The notes under the pieces: model-generated
Seen by the model: the letters and a program-made list of their open reading frames with translations, nothing else
Told to the model about the DNA's origin: nothing
The model's database searches: none
Position numbers and translations under genes: made by a program
Assembly: GCF_001194135.2 (NCBI RefSeq)
Contig: NC_068983.1
Location: forward strand, 119,929,232-119,993,231
Reading direction: 5' to 3'
Length of the DNA stretch: 64,000 nt
DNA from: Octopus bimaculoides
Lineage: Eukaryota
Part shown: positions 1 to 14,001 of the stretch, piece by piece
Position numbering within the stretch: the first letter of the stretch is position 1
Layout of the letters: each line of letters opens with the position of its first letter

Positions 1-340
1 TTTGGAAATGTGCTGTGTGTGAGAAGACCCGGCAAGCCAAGTGGGATCGTTGCCAGTGCCCCTGGACTGGCTCTTGTGCGGGTGGCACATAAAAGACACC
101 ATTTTGAGCGTGGCCGTTGCCAGTATCGCCTGACTGGCCTTCGTGCGGGTGACACGTAAAAGCACCTACTACACTCTCTGAGTGGTTGGCGTTAGGAAGG
201 GCATCCAGCTGTAGAAACTCTGCCAAATTTAGATTGGAGCCTGGTGTTGCCATCCGGTTTCACCAGTCCTCAGTCAAATCGTCCAACCCATGCTAGCATG
301 GAAAGCGGACGTTAAACGATGATGATGATGGTGATGATAA
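1..340 (+). mobile_element. RTE-tailed short non-autonomous retroelement (SINE-like family A), 3' part
   Basis: Tail gagtggttggcgttaggaagggcatccagc...ccaacccatgctagcatggaaagcggacgttaaac(gat)n resembles RTE-clade 3' ends; internal ~65-bp subrepeats; many copies in the window. Confidence 0.8.
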
Positions 341-419
341 TATAAACTCATACATTGAATATTTATATCTATATATATCTGTCTGTCTAAACAGACAGAC
401 AAACATACAATGCTTATGT

Positions 420-792
420 ATGAACAGCAATGCAGAGGACATAGAAAGGAATGAAGCTAGCATGCTCTGCTGGAGGTGCAATGCCAGTGTGCAGATACAA
501 CAAAGTGCAAATCTGTCAAGAGAAAATTTGGGCATGAAGCATCAGATGTAGCACACAAGAGAGAAGATTGTGCTGGTATGGTCATATGATGTGTATGTAT
601 GAGGACAACTGCATAAAGAAGTATCGATTGCTAAATCTGGATGGAACCTGTGGAAAAGTGAGACCCAAGTATACCTGGGCCAAAGTAGCAAAGAATGACC
701 TTTGGGTTGTTGAGTTTCATGAAGGAGATGAAGATTGGCTATGTTCAAGAAGACCTATTCATTTTAGCAAAATCAAGGCTTTAAAAGCATAA
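420..792 (+). pseudogene. Decayed RTE LINE C-terminal fragment
   Basis: Translates with frameshifts as ERNEASML...ERRLCWYGHMM...GTCGKVRPKYTWAKVAKNDL, the RTE post-RT C-terminus. Confidence 0.7.
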
Positions 793-799
793 TATTTAT

Positions 800-1540
800 G
801 TCCATACCCTTGCAGTCATTCTAACCTTAATGTGTCTTCTTCACAACTCATCATTCTAATACCCACCCCTCCATCAGTCTTCTTACTATGGTACTATTCA
901 CTCAGTTGCTGTAATTATATGAAAATGAAACTGCACATATTCCATCTTCCAACATTTTGTGCTCATATTCACTCTTCCAAGAACCACTTCCTTTGTCTCC
1001 TACAATCTCAGTATTTTTCCATACCACCATATTTTTCAATGATGCTCCTTTCACCTCCACTTCCCCCATATACACTCTCCTTCTGTCAATTGCAGACCCA
1101 ACTACTTATGCTTATTTCCACTCTTATGTACTTCCGACCTTGTCCCTGCCACTGTGCATCTCACACACCAGCCACACCTCACATTACCCACGCTGCCTCT
1201 ACTTTGTTTCTCACCCCACAAAAAAAAAAAAAACTGATATTCACTCTCTGATATAGCCTCCACCTGTGTTTGCCATTCACTGCATTCTCCTCCATCTCCA
1301 CTCTATCATTCAGTAACTCACCTTTCACACTCTTTCAAACTTACCTATCCATTCACCTTGTTCAATCCTCTGATACCCCTTTACCACCATCTTTTAGCCA
1401 TGTATCTCCTTTGCTCAAGACATCTATTTCTGTTCCTCTATCACTTTAAGCTCTTATCACTTACTATGAAACCAACCCACTCAGTTGAGGAGTCTTGTCA
1501 TGTAAGTTTACTTGCTGACCACTCAAGCACCAGCGATATT
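800..1540 (-). pseudogene. Heavily decayed RTE LINE fragment
   Basis: Strong purine skew on the minus strand with RTE-like peptide remnants; no intact ORF. Confidence 0.45.
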
Positions 1541-2368
1541 TAAAAAAAAGCAGCCAATACCTTCTACGAAGTGTCTGGTATTAGTAAGGGCGTAGAGCCA
1601 TAGAAACCATCCCAAAGTAGACACTGGATTTTGGCTCAGTCCTCTGCCTTCTCAGCTCCTGTCAAACCATGTAGCCCATGACAGTATAGAAAACAGCCAA
1701 AAGACAACTGCTATACCTCATAGGACATGTAGACAACAGGGACTGAATACTTAGAAGTATTTAGGCACTTTAAAACAGAAGTAGTTGAATGTTTGAAACA
1801 AATGCAGCCTAAAGGGTGAAGTGGGATGGCCCTTAAATCCAGATGTAGTCATAGGGATGCTATTGTGAACTTGCAGCCCAACCTCTTCTGGTCTAAATAC
1901 AACCAATTTTTTTCAGAGAGAGAGAGAGAAATGCTGGACTTTTACTCAGAAGCACAGAGAATCAGAACAAATACCCTAAAACATTTTATCTGATACTCCG
2001 ACAGCTCTGCCAACTCACCCCTAGCTACATAGCTTTCAGTAGAAGTTAATACAATCAACATTGAAATTATTTTCTATTGATTAGTTTAAAGGAGAAAATC
2101 AATGCTGCAGTATTATACATGATTTGAATGAAAGACAGTGGGTGGAGGGAGTTCAAGATTGTTACCATACATGTAGCATTTTGATCTTGAGCAAACTTTA
2201 TTTCTCAATCTACTACTGCTGACCTACATACTTTATTCATGTTAAGTCATCCAATGAAGAATAGAGGGAATCATCCATTTTATACAACTGAGAAATGAAT
2301 TTAAATATTTTTAGAAATCAGTTAAGAGACCCGAGTCCCAGTACTAAAAGGACCTAAATACTCTAATG

Positions 2369-2860
2369 CAGTGGTTCCCAAACTATGATTCGCGACCCAC
2401 TGATAGGTCGCGAATGGAATCCTAGTGGGTTGCAAAAAGTTATAAAATTACGCATTAGCTTTGATTAACTGCTGTCTATCTAGATAGTTCAAGACTCATG
2501 TCTTCAATACCAAACTGGTTGTTTTATCAAGCAGTAGGCTTTTTTCACGAACTTAACAAGTAAGAGGTGGTCATTTTCTCAAGTTATTTATTTGTACGTA
2601 ATTGTAAAAAAGAAAAGTCTGTTTTTACATATTTATAGAGAACTTTAACAAGGTGCAGTACAACACTGATTGAGCCGATAAGTTACTGCTTCGAGGTTTT
2701 GTATTAGAGTTAATACCTGCCCACAGGGTATGGAGACGTTGAAACAGTTATAAAAATTTGTTTCTTTCATTAATGTTTTTACCCAGTAGAGTTAAGTGGG
2801 TCACCATAAACTGGTGTCATAAATAGTGGGTCGCGTCTCTAAAAAGTTTGGGAACCACTG
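2369..2860. mobile_element. hAT-type MITE
   Basis: TIRs CAGTGGTTCCCAAACT / AGTTTGGGAACCACTG with a perfect 8-bp TSD CTCTAATG at 2361-2368 and 2861-2868; subterminal cgcgacccact/agtgggtcgcg inversion. Confidence 0.92.
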
Positions 2861-3129
2861 CTCTAATGCAAGTCTACTTAGCATTTGCAAGGACTTCATT
2901 ATCAATTGACGTCTGTTTTTCCATGCTGGCATGGGTTGGACAGTCTGACTGGAGCTGGCTAGCCAGAGAGCTGCCCAGGTTCCATTTGTCTGTTTAGGCA
3001 TGGTTCTTATGGCTGGATTCTTTCCTAATACCAACCACTTTACAGAGTGTGCTGGGTGCCTTTATATGACACCAACATGAATGCTTTATAGTAATTTTGT
3101 TTTAGTCATTATTCAATGAAGAGAAAGCT

Positions 3130-6100
3130 GTAATTTATTGAAAACACTTTGGCTATACAGAATATACCAAAATTTCCAAAAGAAAACATTAAACCAGTCT
3201 CCAGTGCCAGAGCTTTCTAATGTATTGACTGTTGTTATTTAGATGGCATAATTATATACTTCCAGCCAATTGTGATCTGCCAAAATATACCTCATTCAAA
3301 GAGGATCCTTCTAAAACATAATAAGTAACAGTTGACTTCAGCATTTGCATAATCACAATTTGCACAATTAAGTAATTTACCAATTTGCTGATTAGTCATC
3401 AATCAACAAGGTCAGTTAAATAAAAGAGTGGTCAAGTTTGGAATCCATGTTTCCTTTACATGTTTCTAATACAAGTTGTATTTATTGAGCATATTTGGTC
3501 TTATTTAACTTGTTTTATACAAGACAAAAGGTGAAATTTTTACAGAAAACCATATCTAATACTTAAAATAGTATATATAAATGAGGGTAGCATGTTGAGT
3601 TAGTTGAAAATAATTGGAATAAACTTACAAAAAGCAATTGGTAGAATGAAGAGTGTTGTATGGAATTGTTATTTTGAGAAAGCCTTATAGCTCTATCTGC
3701 TATTACCACCTTTTTAGGTTAAGCCATCCAATTGTGTAAGTAGCAATAAAATGAGTGGTATGCGTTACCTGTTGTGTATAAAATAAATTTTCTATGTACA
3801 AGGCTTACTAATTGAATAAAACAAAGATAAAGGGCTGGGTAATAGAATAAGAGTAAATTGTCAAAACTAATAGTATTGGTTTTTTTAGAGTGAAGTTGCA
3901 TCTACTGAGAGTTAAAATGAGAAGGTAAAAGACGAAAGAGTTTTAATCAGGATTAAACTCTGAATTTAAGATAATGGTGTAATAAGTAAAAGCCAACTTT
4001 CCTTTCTGGGGAAAAGTTTGATAAATACACTGAAAACTAGTAGGAAGATAACTTTATATTTTAGTATTCAATACTATGGCATTCAATAGCATGGTATAGT
4101 GGATTCTGTAGATAATGAAGAAGCAAACCAGTGAATGGTTGCACTTTCTCTCTCCCTGACACACACAAAATGGACTTTTAGCATACAACTGAGAGTGAAA
4201 TTTATAGCTGACATCTAGTAAGATATTTTAGTATTTACCTTGTTAAACTATTTAAATTATATTTTTTTTGGTTTAATAAAGAACTACAGGATAAATGTTT
4301 CCTGCCAAAATTAACAATGGATGAAAGATAGAAAACATCAAGCAATTTTTGTTTTCTGAGAGGCGATATACCAAAATAAAGTTTGAGTAAAGAGGTAAAA
4401 AGTGCTTAACGCAAATAACAGGAAAATAATATTTAATTCAGCCAGTGAATTTTTATTTCGACAATTAAAATCATAATTATGTTTAAAATAAATATATTTT
4501 GTTCACTTACTAAAAGCAAGAGTTCAAAGACAAGACATTAAACAATATTTTTTTTTCTTTCCAAAATGAACAATTTGGCAAAGTTTTAAAGAAATGGCTT
4601 AAACCCTAAAATTATTTCACAAAGGTGAGCATTGATAAGATTTTCCTTTACAAATTCTTTATGCAACACCATAGTACAGAAAGAAACAAGCCCTGAAACT
4701 TCAATGTAATTTTTGCTCTTAATTGGGAAAATAAACTATATTTCTCTTTTTCTTAATTCAAGCAAACTTCAAAAACAAACAAAAAATTAAATCAATAAAT
4801 ATAAATTAATGATAGAATTTCTTTTATATTAAATTTTTGTACAAAAATACAAAAATTAGTAAACAATGAGAAGAGGGATGGAAATCTACAAAGGGAAATT
4901 TCCTCCATCAGAAAATATATCTACTAGTTTTAACTTCACACATTGCCTGTGTAAAAATAATTAAAAGAAATATACTATAAGATTCAGACTAATTTTCAAA
5001 ACCTGAACTTTACTCTCTCAACAGAAAAACAAAATCAATAAAAGTCATTTTACATCGTATTTTCCATTAAAGTTAAAAAAAAAAAATTAAAAAAACGAAA
5101 AAAGTTAAAATTACTGCAGGGGAACTAAAATTTCCTCCTTTTTTCTTGTTATATAAGTATTTAATTTATAATGTGCTTCTTCAGAATTGTAGACAATTGG
5201 AAGATATACTATTTAGGTAATTCTGTGTGTGTGTGTGTGCAGATATATATGTAAAGAGAGGAAGCAAGACATTCTATTCCAAACCAAATTATATTAACAG
5301 AACACTTGAAAAGTAAAAAAAAATATATATATAAATACTAATTACATCATGTGCAACTGTGTGTAAAGCAACAATGCATTTAGAACTTCAATTTTCCAGG
5401 TTTTACATTTGATTTTATCCGTTCTAAGATTCATGATCACATTCCATATGGCATTTGTTGACAAGAAATTTCTAAATGTAACCTTTGGTTTAACTGTATA
5501 CATACATTATATATATATATTGTATGCACACTTTAAAACAAAATTATCTTTCTATATATAAGAAAACTATATATATATAGTAAATTTGCTCACTAAAATA
5601 CTGTTTATACACAAATAAATGATATATAATATTTCAGTTAAAATTTAAAAATTTTTTTTTATACAAATTCAATTCATGAGGCAGGATAAACTTGCAAGTA
5701 TGAGGCCTTACCTAAGTGTCAGCCTGAAGCAAGGAATCTACATCATAAATACTGGAAGTTGTATTTATACATCAACCCAGAAATCAAAATCAGAGATACA
5801 TGGAAAATTAAACTGTTGATTACTTGTAGTTTAATCTGCTCCGGAGTCAGACACCTTGTTATTAGGATATGCCAATGCCTCTAATGCTTAGTTTGGAAGA
5901 AAACTGCTCAGACTTATGAAGTGATATGCACATATGCAATATACAGGATGACTTTTATTTAAAACTAAAATATAAAGAAACATTATCTATAGGATGAGGG
6001 AGGAACCCAAATAATATATATATATTATATATAAATAATATACAATATATACATTAAGAGGTCAAAATTTTAGGATTATTTTATTAAAATATGAAAATGA

Positions 6101-8742
6101 ATGGAGAAGAAACTACTAGGCTGTGTGACATCCATGGCATAAAATAAGAGCTTGTTTCACCAAGCGGTTGTTTTCAACAGTTCTGAGTCGATGATTTATC
6201 AACTTTGCACATTAATTATAACTGCTTGTATTTAGCAGTCTCTCTATTGCTATTATATTAACTATCTATACTATATTATCCAATACTATTTGATATCAAA
6301 TTCTCCTCAAATTCATCATTTACAATAGATAGCTATTATAAGAAACCTCTACTAAAGTATAGTGTTGATATAATAGCAAAATGGACGGGATACAATAGCA
6401 AAAATATGCTGAGGTTTTAATAAGAGAATTTAAGCAGCAGTATACAGAATGGTGTTTTGTTGTTTTTCAAATAAAGTCTTTAAAGACTAGAAATTTGAAC
6501 CAAAGCAACCAAACAAGGACTGTACTGAATTCTTTTATTCTCAGGTTATTAAAATGCCATGTAGATTAAACATTGATGACTAATTCCAATGATACTGAAA
6601 TTTTAGCTTTGTACATAGATGAAGAATAAAAATGAGGGGCAATTTATGATTAAACCTATTGGTTCTGTTTCAGGAATATGATCATGTTTTTCTTCGTGTT
6701 TTCAGATCAAAAATCATAAATAGCAAGAACAACAAGATTTTACAATATTTTTGTTCAAAATTCAGAAAAACATTATCCCGTCAGAGAAACAAAGGAACAA
6801 GAATTACATTGGCTCAACTCAAGTAAAATGATCAAATTTAAATGTTCCAACTAAAAGCCAAAGTCAACATTTCAAAACATTTTTTCTATTACTTTGATTT
6901 ATTTTTACTTTTATAATTTTTGGTGAATTAACAAATCATTTCATCTTATTATTTTTGACTTTTTTTTTTTTCAATGAACTTTAAACTGAAAGCTTTGAGA
7001 AATTTTATTGGGATGAGTTTGAGAAGAAATTTTTATACAACTTAGCAGGGCTAAATATGTTTATAAATTTGTATTTCTAACAATACTTCTTATGTTACTT
7101 GATAACAGTTTTATCATTCCAATAGATTTATAAGTAGATATTTCAGAAGTTAAAAACTGAAGATAATTGATTTGTAAGACAAATAGTACATTAGTTATCG
7201 TTATAATGAAATTATGGATGCATCAACATGATTTCATTACTATAGATTAAACATCATTCACTTCAGTAATTTCATTAGCCTAGATTAATATAGATTAAAT
7301 ATAATTCACAGACTAATTTAACACTATTTCAATGGGTTCTTTATTTTAACCCGTTCATTAATATATATTCTAGTGTGTGTGTGTGTGATTACATAAATAC
7401 ATGTTTGTGTTTCTCTGACAAAATATCTTAACACTAAGTGTTCAGTAAAAATTTAAAAAAACGAAAAGCTTTACTGTACTATTTTAGTTATCTACTAGAT
7501 GTATATGTTAACTATTACATATGATTTAAAATCAGTGAAAGATAACAGATTCAATTTTGTGTTTATTGTGTGATAATAACTTGACTTCAACATTTTATCA
7601 ATGAAAGAAATATTTTACAGCAAAACAAAAAAGTAAATATACAAAACAAAAAAATATTCATTTTCCATCATCTTTTTCAAATTTTTTTCTTTTTAATATT
7701 TCACAGCCATTCTCCCTTCTCAAATATTTGAGAAAATCAGAGTATTGTCATAACACAATGTGCACTCTTAAAATCATCCCCTCCAACAAAAAGCATTGTA
7801 GTTTTATCATGCCTCTTTATAGAGTATGGTTCTGCCACATCTCAAACTTTAATAACCAGTTATTCAGTTTAAAACTCTTAGTTTTAATAAAACCCAATTA
7901 GTTATATTAATTTTTTTTAATCTCTCAAAGACTCAAAAAAATGAAAAAAAAAAGGCAACTTTAATAAGCATTCAGTAAATAAATTAGAAACTAAAACTTT
8001 ATATTTAACAGAGCAAACGCCAAATGTTAAAATAATTAAATATATAAATAAAAAATATGAAAACATGAAACAAACAAAAAGATTCATCTTTAAAATAAAA
8101 CCAATTCAAGCCAATCAATTTATAGGATTTTTTTTTTTTCAGTTTCTTACTCTTACAGAAAAAAAAGATTACGTCGGGCTATGAATTGTAAATAAAGGGG
8201 GATCTTTCTTCCTTTGGAACATTAAAGTGATACAGTAGAGGTTTTCATTTAAATAAGTGAAAGCTTCTCGTCTGCACTGTCACCTTGAGTTGGAGTGATA
8301 GCTGCTATTAATATAAATAAATTAATAATTAATATTTATAGCTGCAATCTCACAGAATGACAGCAGCAAATAGACAGTGAAAAATATAATAAAAGAAATA
8401 AAGGAGAAGTTGTTAGCAGAAACCATCATCAATATCGTCCCCAATGTGAGTTAGATGACAGGGCAAAACAATGCTTTCAAACTGCCTCAAGAAGTCAGCA
8501 TGGCTGAAGGAATACATTCAACACATGTCTTCTTACCCTTGATAAAACAAACATATGAACCAAGTGGGACAGAAGTGAACCACTGGTGATACCCAGTTTA
8601 CCTGAATAAAAGAGACATCTTTTTTTTTGCCACACCTTCACACAATATTTTACCACATTGCTAAAGATATGTCATTACAGATTTTCCATGTTGCTTTTTA
8701 CTTTACATTTCCTTTCAACTCTCCATATCTTAACAACAAGCA
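3130..8742 (-). other. Probable long 3'UTR of the DUF1647-like gene
   Basis: About 5.5 kb directly after the stop with no recognisable SINE copy, unlike the rest of the window. U-rich on the minus strand, with AATAAA hexamers on the minus strand near 3135 and 3480. The 3' boundary is approximate. Confidence 0.5.
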
Positions 8743-9279
8743 TTACAAATATCTCAGTTTGGAAATATATAATGGTGCAGTCAAATTTTTTCCTGATATT
8801 CTCTCTTTATTCAACACACCAAAAACTTGTTGTCGGGCAGTGTAATGTTTTGTGTTAAAGTTAAACAAAAGTCCGAGGATAACATTCAAAGCAGACATGT
8901 CATAACGATGACAACCTGAATAACGGAACAAAGGTTTACGCTGATAATTGCAACCAACATTCTGAGCCCCTGTCGGACTAATACACTCTTGTGTCAGTGC
9001 ACACCGTACCCATGGTAACATCAATTGATGGTGGATGCGATCCAGGTTGAATACAATTAGATGAGATGACTCGACTGCTCGATGGAAATAATAATTTTCT
9101 GGCTTTGTTTTAAAATACTGAAACATTTTAGGGTGAGTTAATGACGATGTTGGTTCTTTGATAGTCCAAGCAACAAGACCTATAGTTCGGGCCTGCGTCA
9201 CACTCTGGTTCATCTTGTTAGTTATGAAATGCTCTGAGCTGTCAGCCCAAATAACTCCACCATAGCGATTCAGTATTTC
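8743..9279 (-). CDS. DUF1647-like gene, last coding exon (EILNRYGGVIWADSS...CHRYDMSALNVILG...YL*)
   Basis: Acceptor tttactgtttcAG at 9281-9280 adds 22 codons upstream of track ORF 8743..9213. Contains W-x-D-S-S, the PWVRCAL..ECI.P.GA and CHRYDMSALN..L motifs; stop TAA at 8745-8743. Confidence 0.88.
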   Translation of the reverse strand, partial: EILNRYGGVIWADSSEHFITNKMNQSVTQARTIGLVAWTIKEPTSSLTHPKMFQYFKTKPENYYFHRAVESSHLIVFNLDRIHHQLMLPWVRCALTQECISPTGAQNVGCNYQRKPLFRYSGCHRYDMSALNVILGLLFNFNTKHYTARQQVFGVLNKERISGKNLTAPLYISKLRYL

Positions 9280-11240
9280 CTGAAACAGTAAAAGAAAATA
9301 TTACATTATTCAAGACAAAGCTTTCTAGGATGAAGAAAATATTTTGAATATGGTTTTATTTTAACAAGCTTCATCTGTATAAATTAATCTATGAATTATA
9401 AATTAAAAACTAATTTTCAGATTTTGTGTGTCCTGAGCCACTATCATTTTACATGTATTTCTCCATTATGCATGGGTTTATGTTGTTGTTTAACTCTAAC
9501 AAAGCAGACTTTTGATCAAAAGCATACCAGATACGTGCATATTATCCTGTTCTCAAGTGTAGCACAGCAAGGACGCCATTGTGTAAAGCATTCTTCCTTC
9601 TTCAAAAGGGTGTAATTTAACAAGATTTTGTAGCTATTTCTCAGAATCTGAGAAATCATGCAGAGGTTCTCTCATTGGCGCATTAGAGCTGGATGCCTTG
9701 CATATCCATAAAATGCAATGGTTAAAGCCAGATCTAAATTTCTGGCCATATAGTCCAGTATTTTAAAATATAAACATCAGTTCATGTATTTTCAAAATAC
9801 TTGAAAATGCTTATCAAACCATTTCTTTTTGCTATTGTTTAAACAGAAATAGATAGTAAAAACTACATTTGTAACTGTCATTCTTTTACTGGCTTCATTG
9901 TCACTGGACTGTCCATGGGTGCAGCCCAATGACATTGCAATCATTAGACTGCAGCCATGTTAAGTCACCACCTTTAAAGCTTCAGTCCATCATATCAATC
10001 TCAATACTTATTTCAGTCTACTAGTAATTGTCAAACTACCAAATTACAAGACTTAAAAGGACACCTAACCAGGTTAGTACACAGTGAGGATAAAGCTTGA
10101 ACCATAACTGCACAGACATGACTGTGCTCTCAATAGCCTAAATCTTCCTCAAATTGTACCATTGCAAACATTAGCAGAGGATAATATTGTCAGTACAAAG
10201 ACAATGTGCGTTTAGTCTGCGACAATCAAATAAACCAAGTTGTTGCAAGTTAATGCCAGATGTCACTCCAAAATCTCCATCAAATCACAGCCTACCTTAA
10301 CATAAAAATGATAAGGACAGAATGTATAGTGTAGTGAGAAATATACTATTCTTGGATTAGTTTCAGTCATTGGATTCCACTGGGGCACTGCCTTGAAGGA
10401 TTTAGTTGATCAAATTGAACCCAGTACTCATTTTAAGTTTGATAATTTTATCAGTCTCATTTTGCTGAATCATCAAGGTGGGACATAAATAAACCAACAC
10501 AAACACAAAGATGCACAGACAAACAAATATATATGATGGGCTTTGACAGATATTGTCTTCCGAATTCTCTCACAAAGCATTGGTCAGCTGAGATCTATAG
10601 TAGAAGACACTTGCTCATGGCATCATGCAGTAGGAGTAAACTTAAAACCATCTGGTTGCAAAGTGGATTTCTAAACCAAAGCCATTTCTAGCAATGACAC
10701 ATGTTTCCTCCTTGACTTTTAATTAGAAGTTTAACACAGGTTGGATTATTGCAAATTGGTGTTTACTGGAAAGATGTCAAAAAGAGATCATCATTGTTTT
10801 TAATGTCCACTTTTCCATGCATGCATGGGACACATGGAATTGTTGAAGCAAATTTTCAAGCCTTACCTGTTACCAAGCAAAGTGAAATTTCCCATAGCCA
10901 AAAATGTTTTTTTTAGAATGTTGGAAACAAACAGCATCACTTGTATGATGGTGACACTCAGTTACAACCATTACATGAAATCAAGAAGAGATTAAATACA
11001 CACATATTATATATCTTTTATCTTTTACTTGCTTCAGTCATTAGACTGTGACCATGTTGGGGCACTGCCTTGAAGAATTTTTAGCCAAATGAATTGAGCC
11101 CAGTACTTCTTTTTTAAGCCTGTTACTTATTCTATTGATGTCTTTTGCTGAACTGCTAAATTACAGGGACGTAAACACACCAACACCGGTTGTCAAGCAG
11201 TAGTGAGGGGGACAAACATGAAGACATATACATAGATATA

Positions 11241-12350
11241 CACTGAACTGCAAAAGAAACACAGTTTTTTCAAATGTCATTTCTATATGGTAAATTCTGA
11301 AAATTTATTTCAGGGATGTAAGTGTAAATATTCCAAGACATCCTGGTTTATGGCTGAGATCCAAATTGCAGGTACCCTTTCAACTTTCCCTGAAACAAGA
11401 CGCCAAAATGCAGCTGCATTGACTGCTGGGTGGCAGTCGCAAACAATTGTCGTGGAAACTGAAATACACATGCATCTCGTGTAGGTTATGAGTATAAAAA
11501 TCAACTTGAACCGCATTCCTGGCTTTCGTAATTTGGACACATCAGGTATGACCCAATTGTCAGCAGCACAGAGAGAACAAGCTATTGGCCGATTGCAAGC
11601 AAGGCAGCATGCCCTGGTTGTTGCGAAAGCTTACAATGTCCATGTCAGCACCATCTATTGCCTGCAACAGCAATACAACACCAACAGCACTGCAGACCGT
11701 GCTCGCAGAGGGCACCCCCAGGTGACCACGCCCAAGTAGGACTGCTTCATCCACCTGCAACACCTCCGTGATTGCTTCAGACTGGCCAGCAGGACAGCTT
11801 GCAAGACCATTGGCACTGGACAGCAACCCATCAGTGACAACACAGTACTATGTCAACTGGCCGCCAACAACCTGTGTTGCCCTCGACTTGCTCGAGGGCC
11901 TGTCCTCACTGCCCACCACACGACTACAGTGGGCTACATAGCATGACGTTGGTAGCATCAACAATGGGGGTTGAATAGTCTTCTCTGAAGAGAGCCGGTA
12001 CTGTGTTTCCACCTCGGATGGCAGAGTGAGGGGGTGAACACTACAGAGATGCATGGGGTGGCCAATGCATCATGGTTTGGGGTGTTATAGGCCTGAATCA
12101 GAGAATTTGGCCCCATGTGTTCCAAAATGTTGATGCAGGCAGAGGGAATGGCATTACAGCACAGCACTTGTTGACCAGATCCTAAGACCTCATATCATGT
12201 CCATCTTTGCACGTCAACATAGCCACGTGTTCCAGCAGGACAATGCTCCCTCCCACATAGCCAGGCTCACTATGGACTTCCTGCATTAGCACAACATCAG
12301 AACCATACTGTGGCTGGCTCTCAGCCTCGATCTGAATCCAACTGAACATC
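11241..12350 (+). mobile_element. Tc1-family transposon remnant, 3'-truncated
   Basis: Starts after TA. From ATG 11548: MTQLSAAQREQAIGRLQ...VAKAYNVHVSTI (paired-like HTH), then FQQDNAPSH and WLALSLDLNPTEH (degenerate WPxxSPDLNPIE); multiple stops and frameshifts. Confidence 0.85.
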
Positions 12351-12959
12351 CGTACTTATTCTATTAATCTCTGAACCATTAAGTTACGGAGATGTAAATA
12401 AACCAACATTGACACATGCACACATGTATAAACGACGAGCTTCTGTTAGTTTCCGTATACCAAATCCAATCACATAGACAGAGTGACAAACAGATAAACA
12501 GACCCTCATCTTTCAGTATCTTTCAATCGAATCTATTCACAAAGCTTTGGTTGGCCCAAGGTGCTGTACAGTAGGGCTGAACCCAAAACCATATAGTCAG
12601 GAAGTAAATTTCTTAACCACACAGCCAAGGGATTTGTGTAATGGATCAGAAATTAAGATATGAGTTCAAGCAAGAAGAGGTAATGTGTCATAGAATGGAC
12701 TCTGACAGGAAAAGGTAATGAGTTATAGTAGTATAGGTCCTGATTAATAAGTGGAAGCATGTTATTGTGAAGATTCTAGCAGGAAGAGAGAATGTATCAA
12801 GAGTGTGATGGTAATGGTTGTTTAACCCCAGATCAGCTCTGACCAATGGTGAAAAGCATTCTAATAGTGTAGATGTAGTGTATTTAGGCCTACATTATTT
12901 AATGTGCATCTCTTTTTAAGATAATAGGGAACAATATAAGGATGATCTAGCTTACTATT

Positions 12960-13200
12960 TCTTATTTCTTATTTCTTTATTGCTCACAAGGAGCTAAACA
13001 TAGAGGGGACAAACAAGGACAGACTAAGGGACTAAGTCAATTACATCGACCCCAGTGCATAACTGGTACTTAATTTATCGACCCCGAAAGGATGAAAGGC
13101 AAAGTTGACCTCGGTGGAATTTGAACTCAGAACGTAACGGCAGACGAAATACTGCTAAGCATTTCGCCCGGCAGGGTAACGTTTCTGCCAGCTCGCCACC
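12960..13200 (-). mobile_element. tRNA-type SINE (family C), near full length
   Basis: Reverse complement of the copy at 29509-29747; head ggcgagctggcagaaacgtt...gagttcaaattcc, tail gtctgtccttgtttgtcccc...aataaagaaataagaaataag. Confidence 0.8.
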
Positions 13201-13214
13201 TTACTATTTCATCA

Positions 13215-13760
13215 TCATCATCATCGTTTAACGTCCGCTTTCCATGCTAGCATGGGTTGGACGATTTGACTGAGGACTGGTGCAACCGGATGGCTACACC
13301 AGGCTCCAATCTAATTTGGCAGAGTTTCTACAGCTGGATGCCCTTCCTAACGCCAACCACTCAGAGAGTGTAGTNNNNNNNNNNNNNNNNNNNNNNNNNN
13401 NNNNNNNNNNNNNNNNNNNNNNNNNNNNNNNNNNNNNNNNNNNNCGCACAAGAGCCAGTCCAGGGGCACTGGCAACGATCTCGCTCGAAAACCCTACAAG
13501 GCCAGTCAGGCGGTACTGGCAACGGTCACGCTCAGGATGGTACATCTTATGTGCCACCCGCACAAGAGCCAGTCCAGGGGCACTGGCAACGATCTCACTT
13601 GGCTTGCCGGGTCTTCTCACGCACAGCACATTTCCAAAGGTCTCGGTCAGTAGTCATCGCCTCGGTGAGGCCCAATGTTCGAAGGTCTTGCCTCACCACC
13701 TCAGCCCAGGTCTTCCTGGGCCTACCTCTTCCACGGGTTCCCAGGTCGAGCAACCACATA
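13215..13760 (-). mobile_element. RTE-tailed element (family A), spanning an N-gap
   Basis: Reverse complement of the 1-340 element with extra subrepeats; explains track ORFs 13280..13783, 13294..13629 and 13551..13793. Confidence 0.8.
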
Positions 13761-13884
13761 CAAGCTCCCTCATTAGGTTGTGAGTGTTGTTAAGTAATGA
13801 GACATAACTGTAATTTTGAAAAGCAGATGAGGTTTTAATAAATTGTAAAAGTGGCTTGGAATTTAGTGATGTGTTACCACTTAC

Positions 13885-14001
13885 CTGAATACAGAGCGGT
13901 CGATAACTTTTAGTAGACAAATCTTTTAAATGTGAGGGGTAACGCTTGAAGTCAAAAGGAGTCAGAATACACGATTTGGTGTTGTTACAGTGTTTCTTTA
14001 G
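13885..14001 (-). CDS. DUF1647-like gene, second coding exon (LKKHCNNTKSCILTPFDFKRYPSHLKDLSTKSYRPLCIQ)
   Basis: Not in the ORF track; read manually. Acceptor gttttcttctAG at 14003-14002, donor CAG|GTAAGT at 13884. 117 nt = 39 codons, phase 0/0, joining the flanking exons in frame. FDF..YP.H.....Y.PL.IQ matches the family pattern. Confidence 0.88.
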
